From contig NC_086108.1 in assembly GCF_963921235.1 (NCBI RefSeq), positions 46,068,001 to 46,132,000 on the forward strand: a DNA stretch of 64,000 nt, written 5' to 3'. Under the pieces are notes generated by a model, which was not told where the DNA came from, did not search any database, and was given only the letters and a program-made list of their open reading frames with translations. Below are positions 1-13,199 of the stretch, piece by piece; positions within the stretch are counted from its first letter, which is position 1, and the number at the start of each line of letters is the position of its first letter. The translations under genes and the position numbers were made by a program. This DNA is from Mobula hypostoma (lineage: Eukaryota).

Positions 1-645
1 GAGTCTACATGGCCCCCAATCAGGTGACCAAAGCACAGATTTGATGTTTCTTTAGCAAGATGGTACCGAAACAATGCTTTGAAATATTGAGAGAAAGAAA
101 GAGAATGAGTCAATAAGGGGAAAACAAAAAGGGAAGGAGCAAAGCTGTCAGTGAGGCCTACATGTGGAGAATTAATGACCAACTTAAGGTCTCCTATGAC
201 TGAAAACAATCGCTTTTGATAGCTGAAAATATCATTTAATGATTTAATGAAGTTGTTTGATCAGTAATGTCATTCCCATCATTTGTAATATGTAACAGAT
301 TATGAAAAGTTAAAAATCAATATGATGGTTGCTACACCTAATTGCTGACTCAAGATCTAGCCATGCAAATTTAGGGTATTCTACAGAAGGTAATCAACAA
401 CTTCATTATTTCTTACTATCATTACAAACAGTGACGGTAATATATTTAAGACTCAGTGTTAGCTGGTGTTAAATAGTGCATCAGGACTCTGGGCATATTT
501 TATAACACTACTGCAATATTAACAAGATTAATCTCAGGCAAAGCCAACAAAGCCCAAAATAGCATAACAGTGTAGTTACTGTCAAAACCAGCTTATTCTA
601 GGTTAATGGCAGTAAGTTCACAACCACAGTCACTTTTCTTATCAT

Positions 646-862
646 AAACAAGAGAAAATCTGCAGATGCTGGAAATCCAAGCAACACACACAAAATGCAG
701 GAGGAACTCAGCAGGCGAGGCAGCACCCATGGAGAAGAGTACAAGCAATGTTTTGGGCCGAGACCCTTCAGCAGGACTTCTCTCGGCCTGAAACGCCGAC
801 TGTACTCTTTTCCATAGATGCTGCCTGGCCTGCTGAGTTCCTCCAGCATTTTGTGTGTGTTG
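646..862. mobile_element. Penelope-like terminal fragment pair in inverted orientation, probably in or near the KANK4 3' UTR
   Basis: The two halves are near reverse complements (gcaacacacacaaaatg...ggaggaactcagcagg / cctgctgagttcctccagcattttgtgtgtgttgc). 13-bp TSD cttttc(t/c)tatcat at 633-645 and 863-875. Related to the end of the GIY-YIG element at 39.8-41.1 kb. Confidence 0.8.
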
Positions 863-1417
863 CTTTTCCTATCATGTTTTGTAATGGAAATGAATCTGAA
901 GATATTGCAAGTATATCAATCTTAAAGCAAAAGATTTTTTTTGGTCCTACAGCGACAGCTGTACTCAATTACTTTTATCAGAATTGAGATGAATGGGATT
1001 TGCATCATCTGATATGCAAATTTTCTTTATAAGGTTCTCCACTATAATGGCACTGAAAGGTACAGCATTAACTTGTAACATACATGCACTCCAGAATTAA
1101 TGTCCTTTCTCTGTGAAGCAGCGTTACAGAAATATTGCATAAAACAGCTTCAGGATTTAGTGTCTGTAAGAGTCAGTCAGGTACACTTTTTGACAGTATC
1201 TTTCTATAGCATTAACAACTTCTGAATATGTGATCTCTGAGGACAAGCTAAGGCGTGATTCTCAATACCAGGATAACTTGCATAATTCGAAGAGCTGAAA
1301 GACTTCTCCAGTGAGTGATTTGTAGCTGTGAGGAAGCAGTGTCTAGCTGTTAATAAGTGTCATTACTGTTTTTTATCCTGATTGTGAAGTAATTAAGGAA
1401 GTGGCAGTGAATGCAAA

Positions 1418-1519
1418 TCAAAGAGTGGAAGAGATGTCTCTATTCCTGTGGATGCTCAACAGCTCAGTGATATCCTTCTGACCAGCTTGCAGAGCAATGT
1501 TCACAGCAGTGCTGCCGTT
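1418..1519 (-). CDS. KANK4: KANK4-like terminal coding exon (NGSTAVNIALQAGQKDITELLSIHRNRDISSTL*)
   Basis: Last ankyrin half-repeat (GSTAxxIALxxGxxDIxxLL). Acceptor tctctctcattttcccaacag, stop TGA at 1420-1418. Confidence 0.92.
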   Translation of the reverse strand, partial: NGSTAVNIALQAGQKDITELLSIHRNRDISSTL

Positions 1520-3619
1520 CTGTTGGGAAAATGAGAGAGACAAGCAGGGTATGAAACACTGAACATGTGGTAAGTAAATCATTTAGCATTTTGTCAAAGG
1601 TCAAAGTCCCTGCCAGCATTACGCTCCAGCACTGCTCTTAGAAATGTCACAACACAGAGAACAGGTTCATTTCCTCACCTACCACTCGCCCTACGTGTGA
1701 AGTTCATGCCTTCAAATCAAACTGTAGCAGCCAATTATTAAGTGATGCTGAAGCTTATTCCCCAAGGAAGAAAAAAATACAACTGAGGGACCAGTGCTTT
1801 TACTACATAGTTTAATTCATATTTAATATAATCCTTCCATTTTGATTCATAAAAATTAAGATCTTCTTTCTCAATGCCTTTATTTGCCTCTCTGGGCAGT
1901 TCATTTTTCAAAGAGAAAAGGGAATAATCCTGGTTTGGTCACAGGGTGTGACAAAACAGGTCTGCAGGCACCACAGCAAAGGATGAGGCAGATGGTACTA
2001 GGCTCCTCCTCAATCCTGGGAACGTTATCAGAGTCCCATTGTATGGCACTGACAGCCATCTCAGAATTAACAGAGATGCTTGCAATAATCCCTATAATTA
2101 GTTTAGACAGCTGGTAACAATCATAACAATCCTCCCCTGGAATAATCTTTCAGTGGCAATTAACATGTTACATTAGAACATTATAAATTATTGCACCTAA
2201 TTTAGATTCATGAACAATAAAGTCACTTTAAAAAACTACTAATCATCTCTATTCAACAAAGATCTATTTAATGCATTCAAAAGTCTCTAGCAAGTATACC
2301 AAAAGGTGAACGATATGTGAAATGTGCTTATGGTGACTTTCTGTACTAATCAAGTTGAGAATGGCAACAGAATATGTTTCTGTTTCAGGCATTATCAAGT
2401 ACTCTCAGGTCAATGTACCTAAGCACAGTAAAGCCTCTTTTAGTTTGCCTCAGTAACGTCATTCAACACAAACTTTCGACTCACAATTCATTTACCAGCA
2501 TTTCCCAAGATCCCACACCAGATGTTCCTGTGGCCTTTTTGAAGCGACCAGATTGTGTCATGTTGTACATAATCAGGGGCTGCATGCCTCGACTATGACA
2601 GGTGTGGAAACAGGCAATGGGAAAAAATTGTTGAAGAGTGCTCTTCAGGGTCCACAGAATCTTAAGTATGCACTTTGAAGTGAAGTCACTTCTGTGACTT
2701 AGATAAGCTGGCTGAGGGGTGAGAGCATGATGGGGATGAGATAGAGAGGCAAAGACTGGAGCACCAGAAGTTCTGTGTTACCCTTGTGAGGCTAGTGGTA
2801 AAGCCTTTGGTTTCCTGAATGCAGAAGAGACTACAGCACGAGTATAGAATGCAGTTTGCCACATTGGAAGAAATACAAATAAGTTACTGATTCACCAGGG
2901 GCCCAGGACAGGAAAAGGGATGAAACAAAAAGGCAGGTAAACATCTCCAAAGCAGAGAAATGGGCATTGCTGATGACAGAAGAACAAGTCTGTTTGGAGT
3001 GAAGAAATGGGGAGGACGGCGCGTTGTGCCTGGTTGATGTTATCAGTAGCATTCTGCTGATAATGCTTGACTAATGCTTGTTTGAGATCGGGACATGCAT
3101 CATATAGGTGCGATGTCCTAGCAATGAACTAGTTAATGGTGGAAGGCAGCACCCCAAGTCTTTACCTCAGGAGCAGACTGTCTTGTATTCGAGCACTGGG
3201 ACATTTGGAGTGACAAGAGGACATTACCATCAAAGAACCACATTTAGTGAAAGTGTGTAATAATGTGCCTGAAGAACTCTAACCTATATGGAGTTGGTTG
3301 TAGGAAATAACTTTGTGGAGTACTGCAGGTGAGAATCTACAGACTTGTTGAGTTACGGTTGCATGATAGTGGAAACTGAAACTCTTGGAATAGTTTAAAT
3401 ATTGGAAACAGGGCAGACAGCTTTCATGGAACACACACACACAGAGCAGCATCTGCTGTATTTTAATTGTCCTGTATATCCATTATCAAAATGACAAAGA
3501 ATAATTATTGTTATAGAATCACATCAGAAGAAAATAAGCCTTTCAGCCCGCCAAGTCCACGCATTTACACAATTTTCATTCTACTCTTCCCACATTTCCA
3601 TCAATTCTCCCAATTCTAC

Positions 3620-3820
3620 TACTCACCTACGGACTAGGGGTAAAGTTCAGTAGCAAATTAACCTATCAATCTGCACGTCTTTAGGATGTGGGAGGCAACC
3701 AGAGTACCCACTTCATATGAGGGTAGCCAAATTCCATGCAAACAGCACCAGAGGTCAGGATTGAGCCCAGGTGGCAGGATCTGCCAGGCAGAAGCACTTA
3801 TTAGTTATACAGTGTTCCTT
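3620..3820 (-). mobile_element. tRNA-derived V-SINE-like element (decayed)
   Basis: V-domain-like ctggttgcctcccacatcctaaagacgtgc on the minus strand, plus a B-box-like gggctcaatcc. Confidence 0.55.
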
Positions 3821-5840
3821 TAATGTAATCACCCCAAGTTGGAATAAAGTTTTGCAGAAAGTTCCAAAAACACACACTTTATTTGAGCTCCTTAAGGGTA
3901 AAATCTTTATATTCTATATATAATGTTCGAGTACACAAATCCACTTGCTCAAACATTACGTGCAAAATATAAAAAGTACAGGATCAGTGTGTTCTTGATG
4001 GTTGCTGCCATCTCAGTGGGCTAAAGGTCCTGTTTTGTGCTGTATGACTTTGGCACCACCACTAATAAAAGTGAAATGTTGTGAGTATAGAAACATAGAA
4101 AACCTACAGCACAATACAGGCCCTTCAGCCCACAAAGCTGTGCTGAACATGTCCCTACCTTAGCACGACCTAGGCTTTACCCATAGCCCTCTATTTTTCT
4201 AAGCTCCATGTACCCATCCAGGAGTCTCTTAAAAGACCCTATTGTTTCTGCCTCCACGGCCGCTGCTGTCAGCCCATCCCACGCACTCACCACTCTGCTT
4301 AAAAAACTTACCCCTGACATCTCCTCTGTACCTACTTCCAAGCACCTTAAAACTATGCCCTTTTGTGCTAGCCATTTCAGCCCTGGGGAAAAGCCTCTGA
4401 CTATCCACACGATCAATGCCTCTCATCATCTTATACACCTCTATCAGGTCACCTCTCATCCTCCGTCGCTCCAAGGAGAAAAGGCCGAGTTCACTCAACC
4501 TATTCTCATAAGGCATTCTCCCCAATCCAGACAACATCCTTGTAAATCTCCTCTGCACCCTTTCTATGGTTTCCACGTCCTTCCTATAGTGAGGCGACCA
4601 GAATTGAGCACAGTACTCCAGGTGGGGTCTGACCAGGGTCCTATATAGCTGCAACGTTACCTCTCAGCTCTTAAACTCAATCACATGATTGATGGCCAAT
4701 GCACCATATGCCTTCTTAACCACAGAGTCAACCTGCATAGCAGCTTTGAGTGTCCTATGGACTCAAACCCCAAGATCCCTCTGATCCTCCACACTGCCAA
4801 GTGTCTTACCATTAATGCTATATTCTGCCATCATATTTGACCTACCAAAATGAACCACCTCACACTTAGCTGGGTTGAACTTCATCTTCCACTTCTCAGC
4901 CCAGTTTTGCATCCTATCAATGTCCCCTTGTAACCTTTGACAGCCCTCCAAACTATCCACAACAACCCCCACCTTTGTGTCATCAACAAATTTACTAACC
5001 CATCCCTCCACTTCCTCATCCATGTAATTTATAAAAATCACAAAATGTAGGGGTCCCAGAACAGATCCCTGAGACACACCACTGGTCACCGGCCTCCATG
5101 CAGAATATGACCCGTCTACAACCACTCTTTGCCTTCTGTGGGCATGCCAGTTCTGGATCCACAAAGCAATGTCCCCTTGGATCCCATGCCTCCTTACTTT
5201 CTCAATAAACCTTGCATGGGGTACCTTGTCAAGTACCTTGCTGAAATTCATATACACTACATTTACTGCTCTACCTTCATCAATGTGTTAAGTCACATCC
5301 TCAACAAATTCAATCAGGCTCGTAAGGCATGACCTGCCTTTGACAAAAGCCATGCTGACTATTCCTAATCATACTATGCCTCTCCAAATATTCATAAATC
5401 TTGCCTCTCAGGATCTTCTCCATCAACTTACCAACCACTGAAGTAAGACTCACTGGTCTATAATTTCCTGGGCTATCTCTACTCCCTTTCTTGAATAAAG
5501 GAACAACATCCACAACCTTCCAATCCTCTGGAACCTCTTCCGTCCCCATTGATGATGCAAAGATCATTGCCAGAGGCTCAGGAATCTCCTCCCTCACTTC
5601 CCACAGTAGCCTGGGGTACATCCCGTCCAGTCCCGGTGACTTATCCAACTTAATGCTTTCCAAAAGCTCCAGCACATCCTTTTTCTTAATATCTACATTC
5701 TCAAAGCTTTTCAGTACACTGCAAGTCATCCCTACAATCATTAAACAACAGGAATTCTGCAGATGCTGGAAATTCAAGCAACATACATCAAAGTTGCTGG
5801 TGAACGCAGCAGGCCAGGCAGCATCTGTAGGAAGAGGTGC

Positions 5841-5875
5841 AGTCGACGTTTCAGGCCGAGACCCTTCGTCAGGAG
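5841..5875 (-). ncRNA. Minimal type-I hammerhead ribozyme-like motif (mirror copy)
   Basis: Minus strand CTC-CTGACGA-AGG-gtctcgg-CCT-GAAAC-GTC-GACT. The 5' arm of stem I is truncated by the inversion junction. Confidence 0.55.
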
Positions 5876-5909
5876 TCCTGACGAAGGGTGTCGGCCTGAA
5901 ACGTCAACT
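5874..5909 (+). ncRNA. Minimal type-I hammerhead ribozyme-like motif
   Basis: AGTC-CTGACGA-AGG-gtgtcgg-CCT-GAAAC-GTC-AACT: core CUGAnGA, 3-bp stem II, GAAAC, GUC triplet. Stem I has one mismatch. Confidence 0.6.
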
Positions 5910-7029
5910 GCACCTCTTCCTATAGATGCTGCCTGGCCTGCTGCGTTCACCAGCAACTTTGATGTGTGTTCCTACAATCATTAAGATCCTTTTCCATAGT
6001 GAATACTGAAGCAAAGTATTTATTAAGTACCTCCGCTATTTCCTGCGGTTCCATACACACTTTTCCACTGTCACACTTGACTCTCATTCTCTCATGTCTT
6101 ATCCTCTTGCTCTTCATATACTTGTAGAATGCCTTGGGGTTTTCCTTGATCCTGTCCGCCAAGGCCTTCTCATGGCCCCTTCTGAATTTCCTAATTTCAT
6201 TCTTAAGCTCCTTCCTTCTAGCCTTATAATATTCTAGATTCAAATCATTACCTAGTTTTTTGAAACTTTTGTAAGCTCTTCTTTTCTTTTTGACTAGATT
6301 TACAACAGCCTTTGTGCACCATGGATCTTGTACCCTACCATCCTTTTCATGTCTCATTGGAATGTACCTACTCAGAACCCCACGCAAATATCCCCTGAAC
6401 ATTTGCCACCTTTCTTCGGTACGTTTCCCTAAGAATATCTGTTTCCAATTTATGCTTTTCCAAGTTCCTGCCTGATAGCCTCATAGTTCCCCTTACTCCA
6501 ATTAAACGCTTCCCTAACTTGTCTGTTCCTATCCCTCTCCAATGCTGTAGTAAATGAGTTAGAATTGTGATCACTATCTCCAAAATGCTCTCCTACTGGG
6601 AGACCTGACACCTGACCAGGTACATTTCCCAATACCAGATCAAGTACAGCATCTCCTCTTGTAGGCTTATCTACATATTGTGTCAAGAAACCTTCCTGAA
6701 CACACGTAACAAACTCCACCCCACCTAAAGCCCTCACTCCAGGGAGATGCCAATCAATATTTGGGAAATTAAAATCTCCCACCACAACAACCCTGTTATT
6801 ATTACTCCTTTCCAGAATCTGTCTCCCTATTTGCTCCTCGATGTCCCTGTCACTATTGGGTGGTCTATAAAAACACCCAGTAGAGTTATTGACCCCTCCT
6901 TATTCCTAACTTCCACTCACAAAGACTCCGTAGACAACCCCTTTGTGACTTTCTCCTTTTCTGCAGCCGTGACACTATCCCTGATCAACAGTTCCAAGCC
7001 CCCACCTCTTTTGCCTCCCTCCCTTCCTA

Positions 7030-7443
<414 letters not shown>

Positions 7444-8831
7444 CTACACTACACTAGTGCTTAAGGCCAGATGACAAATATCCCTTGACAAATCTATTCA
7501 GTCTCACCTTGGGTCAACAATGTAAATCATGGAACCAAATCCACCTACCCAGGAATGAGAGTAACATAAATTGCTCAGCAATACAGTCTTTCATTAAAAT
7601 GGCCAATTTAATACAATTCTCTGAATGCAAGGTTACTTTCTTATCAGTGCACCAGACCAGTTTATTTTAATCTCTATCATGATCAGAAGAATTCTGACAC
7701 ATCTTTGTCTCCTGGACAGTTTTTGTATGCAGAAGGAGTTGAGGATGCTGTGGTTTGCATGAGGAGGGAAGTGGCAGTCAGGGATTTATTAAATCTTTTG
7801 TCTTTTCCGGAGTTCTTTACTACTTGTTGGCCTGGATTTCTGCCAGATTTTTTCTAACTACCCCAACAAACTATGCAATAGAAGAGGGGAAGGAATGAAG
7901 CTAAACTAGTTAATATGCAAGATCTGAGTATGGGCAGGTTTGATAGACTAACTCATTTTTTCACAACTGTCACTTCTATATTCTTGTTTTTTTTATCTTA
8001 CAGCTAAAGCTAGAGCTTTAAGATGAAGTTCTTCTCATCAGTAACTGTTACCAGTTCTACTGAGTTCCCAACTTGCCAGCAGCCCATGCTTACCATAGCA
8101 ACAAACTTAGTTTTCTTAAGTCAAAGAATGACAGTGACAGAGTTGCTTCAGGACGTGAGGGAAACAACAGACCCTTGGTGGGTAGTCTGTAAACGTACGC
8201 TCAGTGTGAACCAACTAATCTGATTAACTGGTTTTAAGATTTGTGCAACTGAGGAGCAGCATTCAGAAGTTACAAGATAATTCAATACATGTTGTCAGCT
8301 GGATACTTTTAAGACTTTTTCCAAACTTTAAAGGTTGAAAGAAAATTCCTTCAGGCTTTTACAAGTCCTATTTGGATGTATGATAAAGATATGGGTGAGT
8401 CTGTGAAGGAATCCCACCTGATTCCTGTTCCTTCCCTGTGGGCTACTTATCACTCTACCGACACCTTTCTGCAGCTGAGATTTGGGATTCTGAAGTGTGA
8501 AACATCAGACACATGGCCCAAGATTTAGCATGAATCATGCACATTTAAAACCGAGAAGTCAAGGAAATGGGGACTACAAACCACAGGGACTGATTTCACA
8601 CATGTTTGAGTCCCGGCATCCCCTTTGTAAGAAACAGAGATTTAGCGACATGCTGCAAGATAAAGTTACACCTTATCTCTTGGCAAAAGATTGTACAGAG
8701 GATGCCAGAAATAGTTAATTTTCCAGCCTTGAAACAGGATAATTATTCTTTATGAAAGAGGAATTGCCACAATTCTGGTAGCAAATTCACTGCCACCTGG
8801 GAAATATCCCTGAAGCCATAAGGTGTGATGC

Positions 8832-8980
8832 CTACATTACTGTGTAGGAGCTAGAAAATTATAAGACGTAACTTGTAAACTACATTACTATGTAGGAGCT
8901 AGAAAATTATAAGACATAACTTGTAAACTACACTACTGTGTAGGAGCTAGAAAGTTATAAGACATAACTTGTAAACTACT
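8832..8980. repeat. Tandem minisatellite, 3 copies of a ~48-bp unit
   Basis: ctacattactgtgtaggagctagaaaattataagacgtaacttgtaaa repeated head-to-tail three times with few differences. Confidence 0.95.
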
Positions 8981-9214
8981 TGCACATAAACAGACGGTGC
9001 AGGAAATACTCAGCAGGTCAGGCAGCATCAGTGGAGCAAACAGCAGTGCTAAGGTTTCAAGTCAATGACCTTTCATCACGACTGAATATTGTACTTTACT
9101 TTGTTCTACTCTGTAAACTTCTGCAGATGTAGTGGTTGAAACAAAACCAAAAGAATCTCTAATAAAGTTTGTACGTCAGACTCATATGCTTAACCCTATT
9201 ATAAATCAGCCTCC

Positions 9215-10005
9215 CGGGAGGGTAGGATTGCAGAATTCTGTAAAGTCACTACAGTTATTGAGCTTTTGGGCCAACTGGTCCATGCCAAACAAAATTCCCT
9301 TCAAAACTCATCCAATTTGTTCCTTAATCCTCTAAACATTTCCTATCCAGGTACAGTATCTGTCCAAGTATCTTTCAAATGTTATTTATGTATTTGCTTT
9401 AACCACTACCTTTAGCACCTTATTTGATATACTGACCACCATTTTGGTGAAAAAGTTGCACTTTTGGGTTCTTATTTAATTTCTCCCTTCTCCCTTTCAA
9501 TCTTTAGTTCTTGATTCACAAACCATGAGGAAAAAGACCCTGTGTATGCCCCTCTTGATTTTATATACTGTATTTCTATAAGATCACCCCTCATTCTTCT
9601 ATACTTCAAAAAAAGCAGTCCCAGCCTGCCCAACCTCTTTCCATATGTCAGTCCATCGAGTCCCAGCAACTTGCTCGTAAATCTCTACACTCTTTCCAGC
9701 GTAATGGCATCTTTCTTATAGCAAAATGCCTTAAACTGAACCTAATGCTCCAAGTATGGCCTCACCAACAGCTTGTACAACTTTAACATAACATCTAACT
9801 TCTAACTCAATGCCCTGACTGATGGAGACCAACATGCCAAAGGCCTTCTTCTCTACCTGTGACACTACTCTCAGGAAACCATATACCTGTTTTCTTAGAT
9901 CTCTCTGTTTTACAACATTCCCCAAGGCATTACCTTCAACTGTGAATGTCCAACCCTGATTTTTCTTCTCAAAATGCATCACCTCACATGTATCCAAAGT
10001 TACAC
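9215..10005 (-). mobile_element. CR1 LINE 3' fragment (decayed)
   Basis: ORFs MLGLDGLTYGKRLGRLGL...RRMRGDLIE and CEVMHFEKKNQ match the CR1 ORF2 C-terminus. Confidence 0.8.
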
Positions 10006-11382
10006 CCCAGAAAGGAGCACTTATTCCTAATCTGCCTCTCTTATACTCTTTGAAATAATGTATGAGTAGTATTTGGGTGCTCTGGGCCTGCACTTGCTGA
10101 AGTTTAGAAGGATGAGTGGGCATCAGCAATGGTCAATTAACCAGCTGTTTGGAATCAAATGACCTTGCCTGGTGCCTCAGGGCTGGATGTGTCTGCAGCT
10201 GCGACACCCCCCCACCCCGGCACTCCTCTCTGCCACCTGTCCCACACTCCTCCCACGCTGCTCCACATCCTTTGCTCCCACCAGAGTTACCCAAACTTGC
10301 TCCATGTTGATAAATAATGTACTGTGCAAAAATCTTAGGCATCCCAACTATATATATGTGCCTATGAGGTTTGCACTGTTCTGTATGAGTTGCCACTTTC
10401 TGGGAACAATGGACTCAAACACCAAAATCCCTCTGTTCAACAACATTCCTTAGTGCCTTTCCATTTACTGTATGTCTTACACCTTGACTTGTCAAAATGC
10501 ATCACTTCACACTAGTCAGATTAATTCCATCTTCTATCATTCCACCTGATTTTCCGTCTAATTTAGGTCCATCCTTACTCTCCACAACACCATCTACCTT
10601 TGTGTCATCCATTGATTGAGTCTTTGATGATGAAAAAAAGAGGCTGAGAAGTGAAAAATTTATAGACTAGATCTTAGATGCGAAAGACTGGACATCTCAA
10701 GGAATGGCTGGAATAATGAGAATCAAGAGTGTGGAAGAGTGCAGTTACCTCAGCAGGTTGTAAAACTGGGTGGACAATTTTGAAAACGGTGTGGTTGTAT
10801 GATGGATGAACCTGTTGTGAGTTTGGACATTGGCAGTTGGCACACTGGGTAACCTTCAGTTACTGTGTGTTGGGATAATCAAGTCTACTGGTAATGTAAC
10901 CATTGAAAGGGGGTTCCAGGGAATGGGTGACCAGGATCGAGATGGATTACATTGCAGAGATGAACATAAGAGGGAGTGTGTCCTTGGAAGCTCACGTTAT
11001 AAACAAAAATATATAAAGGTAAAGTTGGTCTGATTCATTCTCAGTGACCAGGGAATAAAGTTTGAGGATGGGACAAAACAATGCATTTGATCATCCCAGT
11101 ATTTAATCGGAGCAACATTTCAGCTCTTCTAGTACTGGATACCGTAGAAACATAGAAAACCTATAGCACAATACAGGCCTTTTGGCCCACAAAGCTGTGC
11201 CGAATATGTCCTTACCTTAGAAATTACCTAGGGTTACCCATATACCCATGAAGTTGTCATGTAGTTTAGAAAGAGCAGAGGGATTAAATGAGGTGGGGTA
11301 TTGAGGTGAAACTTGCATTGTGCTTTCAGATAATGTGGCTGAAGAGTTGGAAGTAGATCAGAAAAAGGAGAAATTAGCAACA

Positions 11383-11740
11383 GAATAAACTCTTCTTCGG
11401 CTTCCAACCGGGTCCATGTATCGATTTTAACTGATGTTTCGACGACAAACTCTATCATCAGGGACGATGCCCAGGCACGTCTAGCCCTGTGGTATTTATA
11501 CACTCGTCGTCCATCTCTCCTGATTGATTAGTCCTCATCCAATTGGTTTCCACTGACCCACCTGCTTGGATGACTAGCCATTCAGGAGGGGTCGATGACG
11601 AGGGTATAAATACCACTGGACTAGACATGCCCAGGCATAATTCCTGATGATGATTGCAGGGTTTGCCATCGAAACAATCAATATCTATGTCTGACTGGAA
11701 GCCCGAGAAGAGTTTATTCGTCATATACACCAGGAAAGAA
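11383..11740. mobile_element. Second Penelope-like family: inverted terminal pair with hammerhead-like cores
   Basis: Inverted arms gaataaactcttct..ggcttcca / tggaagcc..agaagagtttattc and ggtatttatac / gtataaatacc. CTGATGA...GAAAC occurs on both strands (11644-11675 plus; 11436-11461 minus). Confidence 0.65.
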
Positions 11741-13199
11741 CTATATCCTTTTTTAGAATCAGAAGTTGGTAGAATAATAAAGGCTGTGCTGGCTTTCACC
11801 AAAAGCATTTGATATACCAAAATTCAGAGCAATTTAGGATGATTCTTTGAAAGGAAACTAAATGAATTCCCTGGCACTGATATTAGAGAGCAGCATGAGA
11901 AATTTCTTCTGCTTAATCAGAAGATAGCTATTAATTAAAGCAGAATTCCAGCTCTTTGCACATTGTCTATATGGAACAGAAATTTAAGGTATTGTCCCAA
12001 AACTGGATCCATATTCTATAATTATGATTAACTGACAATATCAAAGGTTGTACATTATTAAATGTCTCTGCACTTTACATCTAAATACTGGAATGCATGT
12101 TTAACTCTCTACCATTTGTTAAATGTTATTTAGAAATCATAGTTCATTCTGGCAGTGTGGACATTGCTAACATTTATATTGATCAACCTTGGTTGGATTT
12201 GTTCAAGTGATAGGCCATCATACTGCAGTCCAAATTGTTAGGCAAATATAATGAAGACAACTGCGATATTTGACCAATAATGTTCAAAGTGTAATGATAT
12301 ACTGTAACTGTGCTACCCAGTGAACCTGGAGCTGATAACTTTCTGTACATCCAGCCAGTGGAGGTCACTCTTTTGGCTTGTGCTGTCAAACCCGAAAGCT
12401 TTGGTAACATACCGCAGGGTAGACTATAGATATTACATTTTGCAGCCTAAATAGTCCTCAGCATGGAGAGTAGATGTTTAGTCTATGGGAAAAATTGTGG
12501 TTAAAATAGCGCTGCAACATGAATTTTGCTCTAAGTAATGCCAACAGCCAAGAATATTATTCATCCTCTGAGACTCATGGGTGGTAAAGAGAGTTTGATC
12601 TCTCATCCTTCATGAACCCACAAGTCATTCTGCTCCACTTTTGTTTTTAAATTTTATTAATAGATCCACGTTCTGGCGTCTGGGGGCACAGGTCACTTTG
12701 TATGAACATCATTTCCTATATGCAAGCTGTGTTTTATATAATTTCTCGCATGGGTAAGTTGATTTGATTTGAAGCTTATGGTGGAAAGACATCCATCTCC
12801 ATCCCCTCTTTATTTGCTCTTGAAGTAGCAAGATCGATGAGTTTGAAGTTTTTGGTAATATTGGCAAACATTTAATAAGTATATTTTGAAGGAAGTATGT
12901 TGATGATTTATTGCTACTAAGTCATTGTTGTGCCACAGTTTACTCTTGTTTACACGGCATAGTTATGGAGTGTTGCGTGTGTATATTACCTTGGTTAACA
13001 CCAATAATCAACAGTATTAGTATATTCAACCACGTAGCAATTCTGTGTTGAATTTAATATGTATTTTACATAGCTTTCTGCAGCTTCACAAGTAAATTCT
13101 GATTAAAAATTCTGAAGAAAGCTTTCATCATGGGTGATTTTAGAGAAGGTGTTTCACTCGCTGCATGCACTGTGAGGGCAGTAGAATATACTTACTTAG

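Larger units (their letters stand above)
5745..5970. mobile_element. Inverted pair of Penelope-like termini nested in the CR1
   Basis: Near-perfect palindrome centred at about 5875. Exact 14-bp TSD cctacaatcattaa at 5731-5744 and 5971-5984. Confidence 0.9.
4088..7025 (-). mobile_element. CR1 (HER1-like) LINE, about 2.9 kb of ORF2 (endonuclease + RT), frameshifted
   Basis: ORFs MVGDFNFPNIDW (APE), NYRPVSLTSVVGK, VTSGVSQGSVLGP, KFVDDTK and LVRPHLEYCAQFWSPHY. 3' tail tatagaaacatagaaaacctacagc on the plus strand. Confidence 0.95.

Noticed and set aside
4229..6785. RT/endonuclease ORFs as an active LINE
   Set aside because: Multiple frameshifts, 5' truncation, an altered catalytic motif (FVDD) and a nested insertion.
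8832..8980. 48-bp repeats as a CRISPR array
   Set aside because: The copies are contiguous with no unique spacers, there are no cas genes, and the context is a vertebrate intron.
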